Below the pieces are notes generated by a model that ran no database searches, was not told the origin of the DNA, and saw only the letters and a list, made by a program, of their open reading frames with translations. The position numbers were made by a program, and so were the translations under genes. Positions 17,675-27,562 of a stretch of DNA of 32,000 nucleotides are shown one piece after another; the first letter of the stretch is position 1; each line of letters begins with the position of its first letter. Origin of the DNA: Cylindrospermopsis raciborskii Cr2010. GTDB taxonomy: Bacteria; Cyanobacteriota; Cyanobacteriia; Cyanobacteriales; Nostocaceae. Location of the stretch: assembly GCF_003367075.2 (NCBI RefSeq), contig NZ_CP065936.1, positions 2,220,001 through 2,252,000 of the forward strand, in the 5' to 3' direction.

Positions 17675-17862
17675 TCAATACTATCTTTTTGTCCTTTATT
17701 CCATCCAAAAACAATAGCACCAATCTTATTTTCAATAAAGTACATCTGCCTAGAATAGTAAACGCCACAATTTGTCAGCTTTTTAGCTTCTGTGCAGAGG
17801 TACTCCAATATGGCTGTTATTGATTTATCGGACTTGATAAGAACTTGTTGGCATCCGTACAT
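17632..17862 (-). pseudogene. tnpB: TnpB (IS200/IS605-family RNA-guided nuclease) relic with large internal deletion
   Basis: MYGCQQVLIKSDKSITAILEYLCTEAKKLTNCGVYYSRQMYF is a typical cyanobacterial TnpB N-terminus. It is joined directly (about 17725) to IGAIVFGWNKGQKD, a motif that normally sits about 250 aa further on next to the RuvC region. Similarity is lost at about 17683. Confidence 0.65.
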
Positions 17863-17894
17863 TGTTCGACCTTCAATGTTTGTTGATTTCAAAA

Positions 17895-19035
17895 AGACAT
17901 CTCCGAAAAAGAATCAAAGTGTGATAAAATAATATGAAATGGTATTTTTGGCAACTTATTATGAGCAACATATCTGAATATATCCAGAATAATCCTCACG
18001 AATCACACCGTTTATTGGGTCTGAAGTATGAGCAGTTACAGCAACTTTTGGAAAAAGCCATAAAACTGCATCATCAGAAACAACAATTGGTTGAATCAAA
18101 AAAAACCCGAATTATTCAAGGCGGTGGAGGGCGCAAACCCAAATTATCACCGTCGGAGCAAATAATCTTAACATTAACATATTTACGGCAGTTAACAACA
18201 TTTCAGCTACTAGGTATTCAATTTGGAGTAAGTGAAACAACTGCAAATGATATCTTTAACTATTGGTTGCCAATAATAGGAGAATTATTGCCACCAAGTT
18301 TGCTAGAACAGGTAAAAAAAAACTCCAGTGATTACGAAGTCGTTAAAGAAATATTAACAGAATTTGAGTTAATAGTGGATAGCTATGAACAGCCTATAGA
18401 CAGACCTGGAGAGTACCAAGAACAAAAAAAATATTATTCAGGTAAAAAAGCCTGTCATACTAGAAAAAGTCAACTAATCGTTTTACCAAATGGTAAAGAT
18501 ATTGTTGATGTAGTAGCGGGTAAACCTGGTCCAAAAAGTGATGTAAATTTATTCCGTGAAACCAGAAATATATTTGATAAAAAACAAAAATTTAGTGGTG
18601 ATAAAGCTTATCAAGGAGAGGAGTTAATGAAAACTCCGACAAAAAAACCTAAAAACCAAGAATTAACGTCTGAACAAAAAGAAAAAAATAAAGAGTTAGC
18701 TTCCGAACGAATTTTTGTTGAACATTTAATTCGTGTAGTGAAAATATTCAGAGTGGCACAAGAAAGATTTCGATTAAATTCAAGTAAGTATGAACAGGTA
18801 ATCATGACTATTTGTGGACTTGTTCGTTTCCGAATGGGAACCTACTTATTTTAGTTATCAAGATTTGGACTTGGCTAAAAATAAATTATCTCACATAGGT
18901 GTTATCTTTTGGTTAATTCCCAACAAGAGGCATCTCTAACGCTTATTTTAGCATACCAGTCAGCTACTTTTGTATTGGGGTGTCTCACCTTAAAAAGTAG
19001 TATTGGTAACGCTTTGGCTATTTCCGGAGATGTCT
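17895..19035 (+). mobile_element. complete-looking IS element of about 1.14 kb (IS5-superfamily, DDE_Tnp_4-type transposase) with imperfect terminal inverted repeats
   Basis: Left end AGACATCTCCGAAAAAGAATCAAAG; reverse complement of the right end AGACATCTCCGGAAATAGCCAAAG, with the first 11 nt identical. AAA lies on both flanks, a possible 3-bp target duplication, but this is weak evidence inside an A-run. Confidence 0.7.
17934..18854 (+). CDS. IS transposase, HTH plus DDE_Tnp_4 (PIF/Harbinger-like) domain
   Basis: LTLTYLRQLTTFQLLGIQFGVSETTANDIF (HTH), IVDSYEQPIDRP, YYSGKKACHTRKSQL, GKPGPKSDVNLF, SGDKAYQG and SERIFVEHLIRVVKIF carry the D, D, E-containing blocks. The ORF is uninterrupted. The true start may be the internal Met at 17961. 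Confidence 0.75.
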   Translation: MKWYFWQLIMSNISEYIQNNPHESHRLLGLKYEQLQQLLEKAIKLHHQKQQLVESKKTRIIQGGGGRKPKLSPSEQIILTLTYLRQLTTFQLLGIQFGVSETTANDIFNYWLPIIGELLPPSLLEQVKKNSSDYEVVKEILTEFELIVDSYEQPIDRPGEYQEQKKYYSGKKACHTRKSQLIVLPNGKDIVDVVAGKPGPKSDVNLFRETRNIFDKKQKFSGDKAYQGEELMKTPTKKPKNQELTSEQKEKNKELASERIFVEHLIRVVKIFRVAQERFRLNSSKYEQVIMTICGLVRFRMGTYLF

Positions 19036-19085
19036 AAAGTATAGTTGAGATATGATTTACTTGTCAATAGCAGCCACGAAACAAT

Positions 19086-19441
19086 ATGAAGACAACACTG
19101 GAATACAGAATAGGACATCACTCAAAAGGTAATGCAGTAGTGCATCTTGTATGGATACCTAAACGCCTTCGACAGATAATTTACGAACTAGCCAAAGAAA
19201 AAGACTGGGATATCCTCGCTCTTGAGGTTGCACCATGTTCATTTATTTGTAGAACATCAACCATGCTATAAATCAAGTGGTTAAAGCTTTTAAAGGACGG
19301 TCATCTTGCTTGTTAAGACGAAAATTTCCTGAATTACTTAAACTTCCTAGCCTATGGACTAATAGTTATTTTTATTCCACTGCTGGACAGGTTTCAGCAG
19401 ATGTTATTAAAAGGTATATTGAAGATCCGCATCACGGTTAA
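19086..19441 (+). pseudogene. tnpA: IS200-type Y1 transposase TnpA, frameshifted and internally deleted
   Basis: Frame 1 gives ...VVHLVWIPKRLRQ..ELAKEKDWDILALEVAP and then stops. The HUH block appears in another frame (HHVHLFVE). The C-terminus is in a third frame (INQVVKAFKGRSSCLLRRKFPELLKLPSLWTNSYFYSTAGQVSADVIKRYIE). Confidence 0.7.
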
Positions 19442-19448
19442 ATATCAA

Positions 19449-19510
19449 GGCGAATAAATTCGCCGTTGGCACTTCCTGTCTAAAGCCAAGTGGCTTCCGT
19501 GCCGGCGATT
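19449..19510. repeat. nested hairpins next to the tnpA relic, candidate IS200/IS605 end structure
   Basis: GGCGAAT-aa-ATTCGCC (19449-19464), then GGCAC...AAGCCA-ag-TGGCTT...GTGCC (19468-19503). It starts 8 nt after the tnpA stop. Confidence 0.45.
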
Positions 19511-19777
19511 TTCTTGTGACTAAATCCTTGGATTTTCTGTGTATTCAGCTACATGTATAATGTTTTTTATTATCCTTGTTGTACAAGTTTCTAGCGGGAT
19601 CATCCTCATTCTTGAGATACAAAGTTGAACCGGTTGACTTTGTTGCTAAAAGTGTAACCAAAGAAAATTTTTCTCCAGATCATGGCAAATTGTTAATTAT
19701 CCAGATCCCAAAATGTTTTGTGGTTTGATTCACAAATTAACGTATTAATGTACCAGTAGCCGAGGAGTGCACGTCCA

Positions 19778-20533
19778 ATGTCTAGGATATATAGAAATAT
19801 TTCACTACCATCTGGGTTTCAGTTTAAGCAACTGGGGAAAATTGCCTATTTCAGTTTACTAATTTCCAGCATATTTACCTTACCAGCATCAGCTCAGGAA
19901 AAAGCTCAATTATGGCGCACATTAACTGTTAGTGGTAGCGGGGTAGAAACCATAGCCACCACTTTAACAAGAGTGAGTTTGGGCGTAGAAGTTCAGGGAA
20001 AAACTGCTCAAGAGGTCCAACAGGAAGCTGCTCGCAGATCCTCTGCGGTGGTGAATTTACTCAAGTCCCGTAAAGTTGAAAAGTTGGAAACTACCGGTGT
20101 CAGGCTTAATCCAGTCTATAGTTATACGAACAATATACAAAGAATTACTGGCTATGCTGCTAGTAACACGGTGAGTTTTCGCTTTTCTACTGACAAGGTT
20201 GGTTCCTTGTTAGATGAAGCGATCAAAACTGGAGCAAGCGAAATTAATGGTATTAGTTTTGTTGCTACGGATGAGGCTATTAATGAAGCACAAAAACAAG
20301 CTCTAAGAAAAGCAACCCAGGAGGCTAAAAAGCAAGCCGAAGCAGTTCTCAGCAGTTTAGGTTTCCAAACCAAAGAAATAATTAGCATTCAAATTAACAA
20401 TGCTAGTGCACCTCCTCCACCTATGCTACAAAGATCCCAAATGGTTAAGGCTTCCGCTCCAGATGCAGTCACTCCTATAGTGGGTGGTGAACAACAAGTA
20501 GAAGCATCTGTAACTCTGCAAATTAGCTATTAG
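19778..20533 (+). CDS. SIMPL domain (DUF541) periplasmic protein
   Basis: Signal-like N-terminus, then TLTVSGSGVETIATTLTRVSLGVEVQGKTAQEVQQEAARRSSAVVNLLK, GYAASNTVSFRF and PIVGGEQQVEASVTLQISY, the typical SIMPL pattern. Confidence 0.8.
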   Translation: MSRIYRNISLPSGFQFKQLGKIAYFSLLISSIFTLPASAQEKAQLWRTLTVSGSGVETIATTLTRVSLGVEVQGKTAQEVQQEAARRSSAVVNLLKSRKVEKLETTGVRLNPVYSYTNNIQRITGYAASNTVSFRFSTDKVGSLLDEAIKTGASEINGISFVATDEAINEAQKQALRKATQEAKKQAEAVLSSLGFQTKEIISIQINNASAPPPPMLQRSQMVKASAPDAVTPIVGGEQQVEASVTLQISY

Positions 20534-20611
20534 TTTATAGCTATCCATAATGGTTAAGCTACATACTGGTCACACTATTAAATTTATCTATAGCGTTTTG
20601 GCGAAAGGCAT

Positions 20612-21217
20612 TTAAATGCTGCATAGTTGAGACCAAGTCTTAGGACCTACAACACCATCTACTGATAAATTACGCTGACTTTGAAAAGCCTTAATAGCTG
20701 TTTCAGTCAGCGCCCCAAATACGCCATCAACTCGCACATTATAGCCATTGGATATTAACAAACGCTGTAAGACTCTAATGGATAGACCAGAATCACCAAA
20801 TCGGAGGGTTGGCATTTGAGGTCTATTGTATGCCAAGTAGTCTGTTGGGGTGGGTCTTCGTTTGGGTAGATTTGACCTGTCAGCCAATTGAAATTGTGGG
20901 GGTAATTGGCGCTTTTTTGTCCGTTTAGATGCTTGCTGCCATCTATAGCGATCCGGAATAGCCACGCGTCCCTCATTTTTGTCCATCAACCCTGTCCTAA
21001 TGGTTCTGGATATAGCTATTTTTTCCGTGACTCCCACTGTCATGAATTCGGGAGCTGTAATCTTGGATGTAATGCCATGAGGTAATTGGGAAAAATGGCT
21101 ATTTTTTGTCTTATATTGGGCATTTTCCGCTTTTAATAGCTGTTCATCTAGTAAATGGGGTAAATTCGTCTGTTTATAGTTGAATTCCCCCATAATCAGC
21201 ATTCCAATTTCGGTCAT
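20612..21217 (-). CDS. protein with C-terminal peptidoglycan-binding (PG_binding_1) domain
   Basis: C-terminus LRFGDSGLSIRVLQRLLISNGYNVRVDGVFGALTETAIKAFQSQRNLSVDGVVGPKTWSQL. The N-terminal ~130 aa has no feature I recognise. Confidence 0.65.
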   Translation of the reverse strand: MTEIGMLIMGEFNYKQTNLPHLLDEQLLKAENAQYKTKNSHFSQLPHGITSKITAPEFMTVGVTEKIAISRTIRTGLMDKNEGRVAIPDRYRWQQASKRTKKRQLPPQFQLADRSNLPKRRPTPTDYLAYNRPQMPTLRFGDSGLSIRVLQRLLISNGYNVRVDGVFGALTETAIKAFQSQRNLSVDGVVGPKTWSQLCSI

Positions 21218-21333
21218 TTCTGTTTATCTCATATTAAGGAACTTTTGAACTGAAAAAATGACTTAACAGATAGTTTACAGGACAAGTAACTGTGCATTCT
21301 CCATCCATGAGACTTTTTTTGGGTTAACCAAAT

Positions 21334-22404
21334 TTATGGATGGAAATAAAATGCAAAGCCTAAAACCGTATATGCTGCCAATAATAAAGTGCCTTCTAAC
21401 CAATTGGATTTGCCATCGGAACTAATGCTATTAGCAATTAAGACTGACACAGCTACTGCTACTAGTTCAAAAGGATTAAAGTCTAAATCCATTGGTTGTT
21501 TCATGACCCATCCGGATATTACTAGTACGGGTGCTACAAATAAGGCTATCTGCATGCTTGATCCAACAGCTACTGACAGTGAAAGATCCATTTTATTTTT
21601 CATGGCTACAGTTACTGCTGTGGCATGTTCCGCCGCGTTACCTATAATTGGCACTAATATCACCCCTGTAAATAATGCTGTCAGTCCTAGTTTAGATGTA
21701 GCTACTTCTAGTGAGTCCACTAATAGTTCTGATTCCAACGCTACCAATAAGGTACAAACTAATAAGACACCAGTCCACAATGCAATATTTGGTTTTTGAT
21801 GGTTATTTTCCTCTTCTGTATCTGCTAAACCTACATCATATAAGTAAGCGTGGGTTTTCATAGAAAAAAGCAGTGTTAGTCCATAAACTAAAATGAGCAC
21901 TACCGCTACAGCAATAGAAAGATTTTGTAGCACGTTCTCACTAATTCCTATAGAAGTATAATTCACTGCAGTTGGCAGTAAAATGGCTATTACCGCTAAA
22001 TTCATTGAAGAAGCATTAACTCTTGCAACTACAGATTCAAAACTCTGCTCTTTATAACGTATTCCACCTAAAAACATTGAAAGCCCCATAACCAGAAGCA
22101 GGTTACCGATAATTGATCCCGTAATACTGGCTTTCACCACATCTATTAGTCCAGCATTTAGCGCGACTAGAGCTATAATTAATTCTGTGGCATTGCCAAA
22201 AGTGGCATTTAATAAACCTCCTAACACTGGACCCACAACCACTGCTATTTCTTCGGTGGCTGTGCCCATCCAAGCGGCTAATGGTAAAATTGCTAATCCA
22301 GCAGTGATAAATACTACCAATTCTCCCCACTCTAAGAAGTGTGCGGCTAGGGAAATAGGGATGAAAACTAGCAAAGTCAGGAAGATGATATTTTTAGTTG
22401 ACAT
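21334..22404 (-). CDS. Ca2+/H+ antiporter (CaCA/CAX family)
   Basis: Polytopic membrane protein with the two alpha-repeat motifs GNATELI and GNAAEHA. Start moved to ATG at 22404 (MSTKNIIFL...). Confidence 0.85.
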   Translation of the reverse strand: MSTKNIIFLTLLVFIPISLAAHFLEWGELVVFITAGLAILPLAAWMGTATEEIAVVVGPVLGGLLNATFGNATELIIALVALNAGLIDVVKASITGSIIGNLLLVMGLSMFLGGIRYKEQSFESVVARVNASSMNLAVIAILLPTAVNYTSIGISENVLQNLSIAVAVVLILVYGLTLLFSMKTHAYLYDVGLADTEEENNHQKPNIALWTGVLLVCTLLVALESELLVDSLEVATSKLGLTALFTGVILVPIIGNAAEHATAVTVAMKNKMDLSLSVAVGSSMQIALFVAPVLVISGWVMKQPMDLDFNPFELVAVAVSVLIANSISSDGKSNWLEGTLLLAAYTVLGFAFYFHP

Positions 22405-22633
22405 TATTCTAGTCGTTAGTTGGTTGGTTTCAATCGTCACACAATTATCATACAATCTTATTTATGCCATGTAAAATCCCATTGTTCTTTAAGTTTTTTT
22501 AAGATTGTTTCTCACATTGTTTATACCGGATTTTGGTAGCAAACAGGTGTAAAAATGTAAATATCAAGGTAAATATCGAGTCGATATCAAAGATTTTCCC
22601 TACAACCACAATTTTTCTCTAGGTTAAGAATAT

Positions 22634-25321
22634 ATGACATCCGCTGCTGAATCTTCAGTAAATCTTGCATCAACTCTCACTTTCCAGGTGGATGAGAATG
22701 ACCAATCCACAGTTAGTTATGATCCCCTGACTAAACCCCATGGTGTGTATGTGACTGTCCATGGTCACTTCTATCAACCACCAAGGGAAAATCCCTATTT
22801 GGATGCTATTGAACGTCAACCTAGTGCTAGTCCTTTCCATGACTGGAATGAGCGTATTCATTGGGAATGTTATCGTCCTAATGCCTTTGCTAGAGTCTTA
22901 AATGACCGGGGTGAATTATTGGGGATCGTCAATAATTATGAGTACATGAGTTTTAATATCGGTCCAACTCTTATGTCTTGGTTGGAACGCTATGACATGG
23001 AAGTTTATCAAAGAATATTAGAGGCTGATATTAGGAGTAGTCAGAGGCTTAATGGTCATGGCAATGCTATTGCCCAAGTCTATAATCACATAATTATGCC
23101 TTTGGCAAATGAAAGGGATAAATACACTCAAATTCGCTGGGGTAAGGCGGACTTTAAATCTAGGTTTGGTCGGGATCCAGAAGGTATTTGGTTGGCGGAA
23201 ACGGCTATAGATTATGCAACCATAGCAGCTTTGATCTCCGAAGGAATTAAGTTTATTATTCTTGCTCCTTCCCAAGCTCAACGCTGTCGTCCTTTCCCTA
23301 CAGACCATGATCCCCATCCAGAATGGCATGAGGTGGGTGGTAGTCAAATTGATCCTACCCGTCCCTATCGTTGTTATTTAAAACCAGGTTTCCAAAACAC
23401 TTCTTCACCTTTAAGTGTGAGTAAAATAACCTCCCTACAGAGTACGGATGAGTTGCCCTATATTGATATCTTTTTCTACGATGGACCTATATCACGGGAT
23501 ATGGGTTTTACTGATGTGGTTTATAGTTCTAGTCATTTTGCCGGGCGGGTGGGCGCTGCTATCCGTGGCGATCATCGTCTTGCTCAGTTAATATCTGTGG
23601 CTACTGATGGGGAAACTTTTGGACACCACAAAAAGGGAACTGAGAAAACTTTGGCATACGCTTTTATTGGTGAGTTCCCCCGTCATGGTTGGACTGTGAC
23701 TAATTTCGCTCACTATTTAAGTTTATATCCCCCCACCTGGGAAGTGGAGTTAAAACCTGTCACAGCTTGGAGTTGCGCCCATGGTGTGGACCGCTGGCAA
23801 GATGATTGTGGTTGCGGTGGTGAAGGGGGTGTATGGCATCAAAAATGGCGTCGACCTCTACGTCAAGCTCTTAATTGGTTGCGAGATGAGTTAACTGCAG
23901 TCTATGAGGATCATGGTAGAAGGTTATTTCATGACCCCTGGTTGGCACGAGATGAATATATAGATATTCTCCGAGACCGCTCTACTGCTAATGTTCATCG
24001 TTTTCTCTCCCGTCATCAAACTCACAAACTTACTCCCAGTGAACAGGTGGATGCTTTGCGTTTATTGGAAATGCAGCGTCACTCCCTATTTATGTTTACC
24101 AGCTGCGGTTGGTTTTTTGAGGAGTTATCTAGACCGGAAGGAACTCAGATCCTTCGTTATGCTGCTCGCGCTCTGGAGTTGGCTGGTGATATTGCGGGTG
24201 TACAGCTGGAAAAGGGTTTCCTTAAACGCTTGAGTCTAGCTCCTAGTAATGTGGAACAGTTTAAACATGGTGGTGAAGTTTATCGTCAGTGCGTACTAAC
24301 CGCTCAAATCGGATTCAAACAAGTTGCCGCTCACTATGCTATTACTTCTTTGTTTAATCATCACAATGGTGCTGTCCCTACCCAAGAGTCTAGAAAACAC
24401 TTGGAAGGTCATCAAAAACGTGTTTATTGCTACACAGCTGATCAGTTAGATTATCAAATGCAGCGGATGGGATCCTTAACCATGGCAGTTGGTCACTTAA
24501 AGTTAGTGTCGGAAATTACATGGGAAAGTGAAAATCTGGTGTTTGCAGTTTTGCATTTGGGCGGTTGGGATTTCCACTGCTGTATACAGCAGTTTACCGG
24601 AAGACGAGATTATGGTCACCTCAAGGAAAATCTTTTGGCATCGCTACAACAAGCAAGTGCAGCTCATGCTATTGTTGTGATGACTAAGATGTTTGGCGAA
24701 CAGGCGTTTAGTTTACAAAATCTTTTTGCAGAGGAACGCCACCGGATTATGCGCTTGCTCAGTCAGGAAACCTTAACTAGGTTAGACCAACTCTACACCC
24801 AAACCTATCGGGAAAATTATGGCGTAATTATGGCTTTTCATCGAGATGGTTTAACAGTTCCCCAAGAATTACAAGTAGCTGCTGAAATTGCTCTCGGTTA
24901 TCGTTGTTTGACTATCTTGCGCTCTCTCGAACAGGATATTAATGAACCTCAGTTGAGTTATTCTCATGTCCTACAGTTACAGGCGATCGCCACGGAGGCA
25001 AAACATTTACGTTGTCAATTAAAAATTCCGGAAGGGAAACAAATTTTAGAACAATTAATTATGCGTCTGTTGTGGCAATTATTACATGGATCTGCGGGAT
25101 ACATGGATATTGCCAGACTAGAAAAGTTAATTGATGTTGGTAATGACTTAAATTTGGGTATCTCTTTGGATAAATCCCAGGAACTGTACTTTAGCTGTTT
25201 ACACAGTCAAATTATCCCTCAATATCTCAATCAACTCAAGGACTCAGGGGAAGCTGCACAATACCGTCAGTTGCTCAAGCTGGGTGGTAAATTAGGTATT
25301 GATGTGACTATAGCTAGTTAA
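22634..25321 (+). CDS. glycoside hydrolase family 57 protein with long C-terminal extension (DUF3536-type)
   Basis: VTVHGHFYQPPRENP, NIGPTLMSWL, WLAETA and ATDGETFGHH are the GH57 conserved blocks. 895 aa. Confidence 0.85.
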   Translation: MTSAAESSVNLASTLTFQVDENDQSTVSYDPLTKPHGVYVTVHGHFYQPPRENPYLDAIERQPSASPFHDWNERIHWECYRPNAFARVLNDRGELLGIVNNYEYMSFNIGPTLMSWLERYDMEVYQRILEADIRSSQRLNGHGNAIAQVYNHIIMPLANERDKYTQIRWGKADFKSRFGRDPEGIWLAETAIDYATIAALISEGIKFIILAPSQAQRCRPFPTDHDPHPEWHEVGGSQIDPTRPYRCYLKPGFQNTSSPLSVSKITSLQSTDELPYIDIFFYDGPISRDMGFTDVVYSSSHFAGRVGAAIRGDHRLAQLISVATDGETFGHHKKGTEKTLAYAFIGEFPRHGWTVTNFAHYLSLYPPTWEVELKPVTAWSCAHGVDRWQDDCGCGGEGGVWHQKWRRPLRQALNWLRDELTAVYEDHGRRLFHDPWLARDEYIDILRDRSTANVHRFLSRHQTHKLTPSEQVDALRLLEMQRHSLFMFTSCGWFFEELSRPEGTQILRYAARALELAGDIAGVQLEKGFLKRLSLAPSNVEQFKHGGEVYRQCVLTAQIGFKQVAAHYAITSLFNHHNGAVPTQESRKHLEGHQKRVYCYTADQLDYQMQRMGSLTMAVGHLKLVSEITWESENLVFAVLHLGGWDFHCCIQQFTGRRDYGHLKENLLASLQQASAAHAIVVMTKMFGEQAFSLQNLFAEERHRIMRLLSQETLTRLDQLYTQTYRENYGVIMAFHRDGLTVPQELQVAAEIALGYRCLTILRSLEQDINEPQLSYSHVLQLQAIATEAKHLRCQLKIPEGKQILEQLIMRLLWQLLHGSAGYMDIARLEKLIDVGNDLNLGISLDKSQELYFSCLHSQIIPQYLNQLKDSGEAAQYRQLLKLGGKLGIDVTIAS

Positions 25322-25327
25322 AAAATA

Positions 25328-25345
25328 GGGGGGATAAATCCCCCC
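25328..25345. terminator. GC-rich hairpin between convergent genes (candidate bidirectional terminator)
   Basis: aaaaatAGGGGGGATaaATCCCCCCTgt sits between the stops at 25321 (+) and 25360 (-). An A-run precedes it on the plus strand. Confidence 0.5.
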
Positions 25346-25359
25346 TGTAATTAAACCAG

Positions 25360-26418
25360 TTAAACTGGTGAAAGAACTGGCTGATGCCAACGGCCCACAG
25401 CTTGACCAATTACGGAAAGTTCTTGCATTAACTGGTCGAACCTATCTGGTGTAATGGATTGAGGTCCATCAGAAAGAGCCTTAGCTGGGTTAGGATGGAC
25501 TTCTATCATTAAAGAATCAGTACCAGCAGCAATTGCTGCCATAGCCATGGAAGGTACAAATTCTGCCCAACCCACACCATGGCTGGGATCAATCATTATT
25601 GGTAGATGGGTGAGTTTTCTTAATACTGGGACTACGGATAAATCCAGAGTGTTCCGTGTATATTGACGATCAAAGGTTCTAATTCCCCGCTCACACAAGA
25701 TTACATTAGGGTTACCTGCTGCCAATATATACTCGGCGGCCATGAGCCAGTCTTCAATAGTTGCGGCCATACCACGTTTTAGTAACACTGGTTTTGACTG
25801 AGCTCCCACTTGTTTGAGTAGGGAGAAATTCTGCATATTTCTGGCTCCAACCTGAATCACATCAGCAACTTGGGCGATTTTCTCCAAATCTGCACCATCC
25901 ATTACCTCAGTAATAATTCCTAATCCACTGACCTCCCGTGCTTTTGCCAATAACTCTAAAGCACTTTCACCATGTCCTTGAAAAGCGTATGGTGAGGTAC
26001 GGGGTTTATATGCTCCACCCCGCAAAAACTTGGCACCGCCAACTTTCACTCTCAAAGCAGTTTCCACAATCATAGCTTCATTTTCCACAGAACATGGTCC
26101 TGCTACTACTACTATGGGATGATGTTCACCAAACACCACATTTCCGTTGGGAGTGGTGACTACCACTTCTGAAGCTTCACCATGACGAAATTGCCTACTA
26201 GCTCTTTTATAAGGTACTTCTACCCTTAAAACCTGTTCTATCCATGGACTAAGTTCTTGAATTTGTAACGGGTCTAAATCTGCTGTTTCTCCTACTAGAC
26301 CTATTACTACCTTGTGTTTACCAATGATTTTTTCTGGTGTTAAACCCCATCCAGTTAGATCTGAACTTAAACGGTCTATTTCCACCTTTGGGGAACCTAC
26401 TTTCATGACAATGATCAT
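25360..26418 (-). CDS. aroF: 3-deoxy-7-phosphoheptulonate (DAHP) synthase, type I-beta with N-terminal regulatory domain
   Basis: MIIVMKVG...IIGKHKVVIGLVGE (ferredoxin-like regulatory domain), then VVAGPCSVE, FLRGGAYKPRTSPYAFQG, VGARNMQNF, LLKRG and IDPSH. Start set at ATG 26418. Confidence 0.85.
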   Translation of the reverse strand: MIIVMKVGSPKVEIDRLSSDLTGWGLTPEKIIGKHKVVIGLVGETADLDPLQIQELSPWIEQVLRVEVPYKRASRQFRHGEASEVVVTTPNGNVVFGEHHPIVVVAGPCSVENEAMIVETALRVKVGGAKFLRGGAYKPRTSPYAFQGHGESALELLAKAREVSGLGIITEVMDGADLEKIAQVADVIQVGARNMQNFSLLKQVGAQSKPVLLKRGMAATIEDWLMAAEYILAAGNPNVILCERGIRTFDRQYTRNTLDLSVVPVLRKLTHLPIMIDPSHGVGWAEFVPSMAMAAIAAGTDSLMIEVHPNPAKALSDGPQSITPDRFDQLMQELSVIGQAVGRWHQPVLSPV

Positions 26419-26539
26419 TTTAACAGCCCCGTATTTCAACTATTATTGACTTATACATTTGGTATTAATACCATTTAGGCGCAGGCGAATGGGAGCATTG
26501 TTGCGTCAGGCACCGTCCAGATACCTGATCGCGGTTGGT

Positions 26540-27010
26540 CTAACCCTTCTTTTTTCGAGTTTCGCGCCAGACTTCAACCATTCTACTCCAATTGGTGCCA
26601 AATTCACCTACACCCAGTAAAGTACCCGGATTATCCTCATCCCAGGAAGCAGAAAGCACACCGTAAGTTATTCCCAACACTCCCAACCCGAACAGTCCCA
26701 TATTTACCAGTAACACCGCAATGGGGGGTAGTTGAACGTGAGCATAACTAACCAACAAATAGCTGACCACCAGGGTGCCAATACCTAAACCTGTAGGTAT
26801 GCCAGAAAAGGTTGCCACTCTGCGAATCATTCTTTGGCTTACTACTTGGGGAATCGCCATTTCCTCTTTAGTAAAGGGGGGTTGGTCGGGCAATTTTTGT
26901 GGCGATTCCTCTGTCTTTACTACTGGTTTGCTAAAGACCTTTGAAGGTTTTTGACGCTTTTTGTTCGGTTCAAATGGTAGACGACTGGGTTCTGATTCTT
27001 GAGCAGACAT
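26540..27010 (-). CDS. PAM68-family photosystem II assembly factor homologue
   Basis: RLPFEPNKKRQKP, IPQVVSQRMIRRVATFSGIPTGLG, and two TM helices, consistent with the cyanobacterial PAM68 (Sll0933-like) pattern. Confidence 0.7.
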   Translation of the reverse strand: MSAQESEPSRLPFEPNKKRQKPSKVFSKPVVKTEESPQKLPDQPPFTKEEMAIPQVVSQRMIRRVATFSGIPTGLGIGTLVVSYLLVSYAHVQLPPIAVLLVNMGLFGLGVLGITYGVLSASWDEDNPGTLLGVGEFGTNWSRMVEVWRETRKKKG

Positions 27011-27022
27011 AATTGGTAGTTC

Positions 27023-27292
27023 CTAACCACGAATACCAAGACGTGAAATCAGGGATTGATATTTATCCGAGTTGTTCTTTTGGATATAATTCAAAAGTCT
27101 TTTACGTTCACCAATCATCTTTAATAGTCCCCTACGAGATGAGTGGTCTTTTTTGTTTGCTTGCAGGTGCTGACTAAGACGATTAATTCGTTCAGTGAGC
27201 ATAGCAACCTGAACATCGGCAGATCCGGTGTCAGTTTCGTGTACTTGGAATCCAGAGATCAGTTCTTGTTTGCGCAGTTGCGTCAGGGCCAT
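27023..27292 (-). CDS. rpsO: 30S ribosomal protein S15
   Basis: MALTQLRKQELISGFQVHETDTGSADVQVAMLTERINRLSQHLQANKKDHSSRRGLLKMIGERKRLLNYI is unmistakably S15. Confidence 0.95.
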   Translation of the reverse strand: MALTQLRKQELISGFQVHETDTGSADVQVAMLTERINRLSQHLQANKKDHSSRRGLLKMIGERKRLLNYIQKNNSDKYQSLISRLGIRG

Positions 27293-27470
27293 GATTGATT
27301 AAACTTTTATTTTTTCAAGTGTATGCATCAGTCACCTATAATATCACAGCAATTAGAGTAATTGCTAGAGGTGCCAAAAGGGAGAATTTTTAAGGTGGTT
27401 AAGGTAGCTATTGTTATTATATACCATTTTATCATTCTGTCTGAAAATACGGAAAGAAAAAAATATCAGT

Positions 27471-27493
27471 AAAAAAGCGGGCATTTTGCCCGC
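27471..27493 (-). terminator. Rho-independent terminator downstream of the thioester-reductase gene
   Basis: On the minus strand: GCGGGCAAAATGCCCGC followed by TTTTTT. It lies about 70 nt after the stop at 27563. Confidence 0.6.
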
Positions 27494-27562
27494 ACATTGT
27501 CGTTAAGATGAGATGTGGTAGAAAATTCTAGTTTTGTCCACAATCAAACGGGCATTCAGGCG

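Noticed and set aside
21389-21799. 136-aa plus-strand ORF inside the antiporter gene. Other long shadow ORFs of the same kind: 7827..8165, 14935..15300, 15239..15454, 23018..23347, 17463..17823, 22187..22474.
   Set aside because: Each lies entirely antisense or out of frame within a gene that has strong family motifs. Their compositions are low-complexity with no recognisable domains, so they are treated as shadow ORFs.
26461-26472. 12-bp perfect palindrome GGTATTAATACC upstream of the DAHP synthase gene, considered as an operator
   Set aside because: It is a single short AT-rich palindrome with no second copy or known cognate regulator, so it is not distinguishable from chance in this composition.
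27337-27493. Plus-strand TATAAT (27337-27342) plus a downstream hairpin, considered as a small RNA gene between rpsO and the reductase gene
   Set aside because: The GC hairpin at 27477-27493 has its U-tract on the minus strand only, so it terminates the reductase operon. A lone TATAAT in AT-rich DNA is expected by chance.
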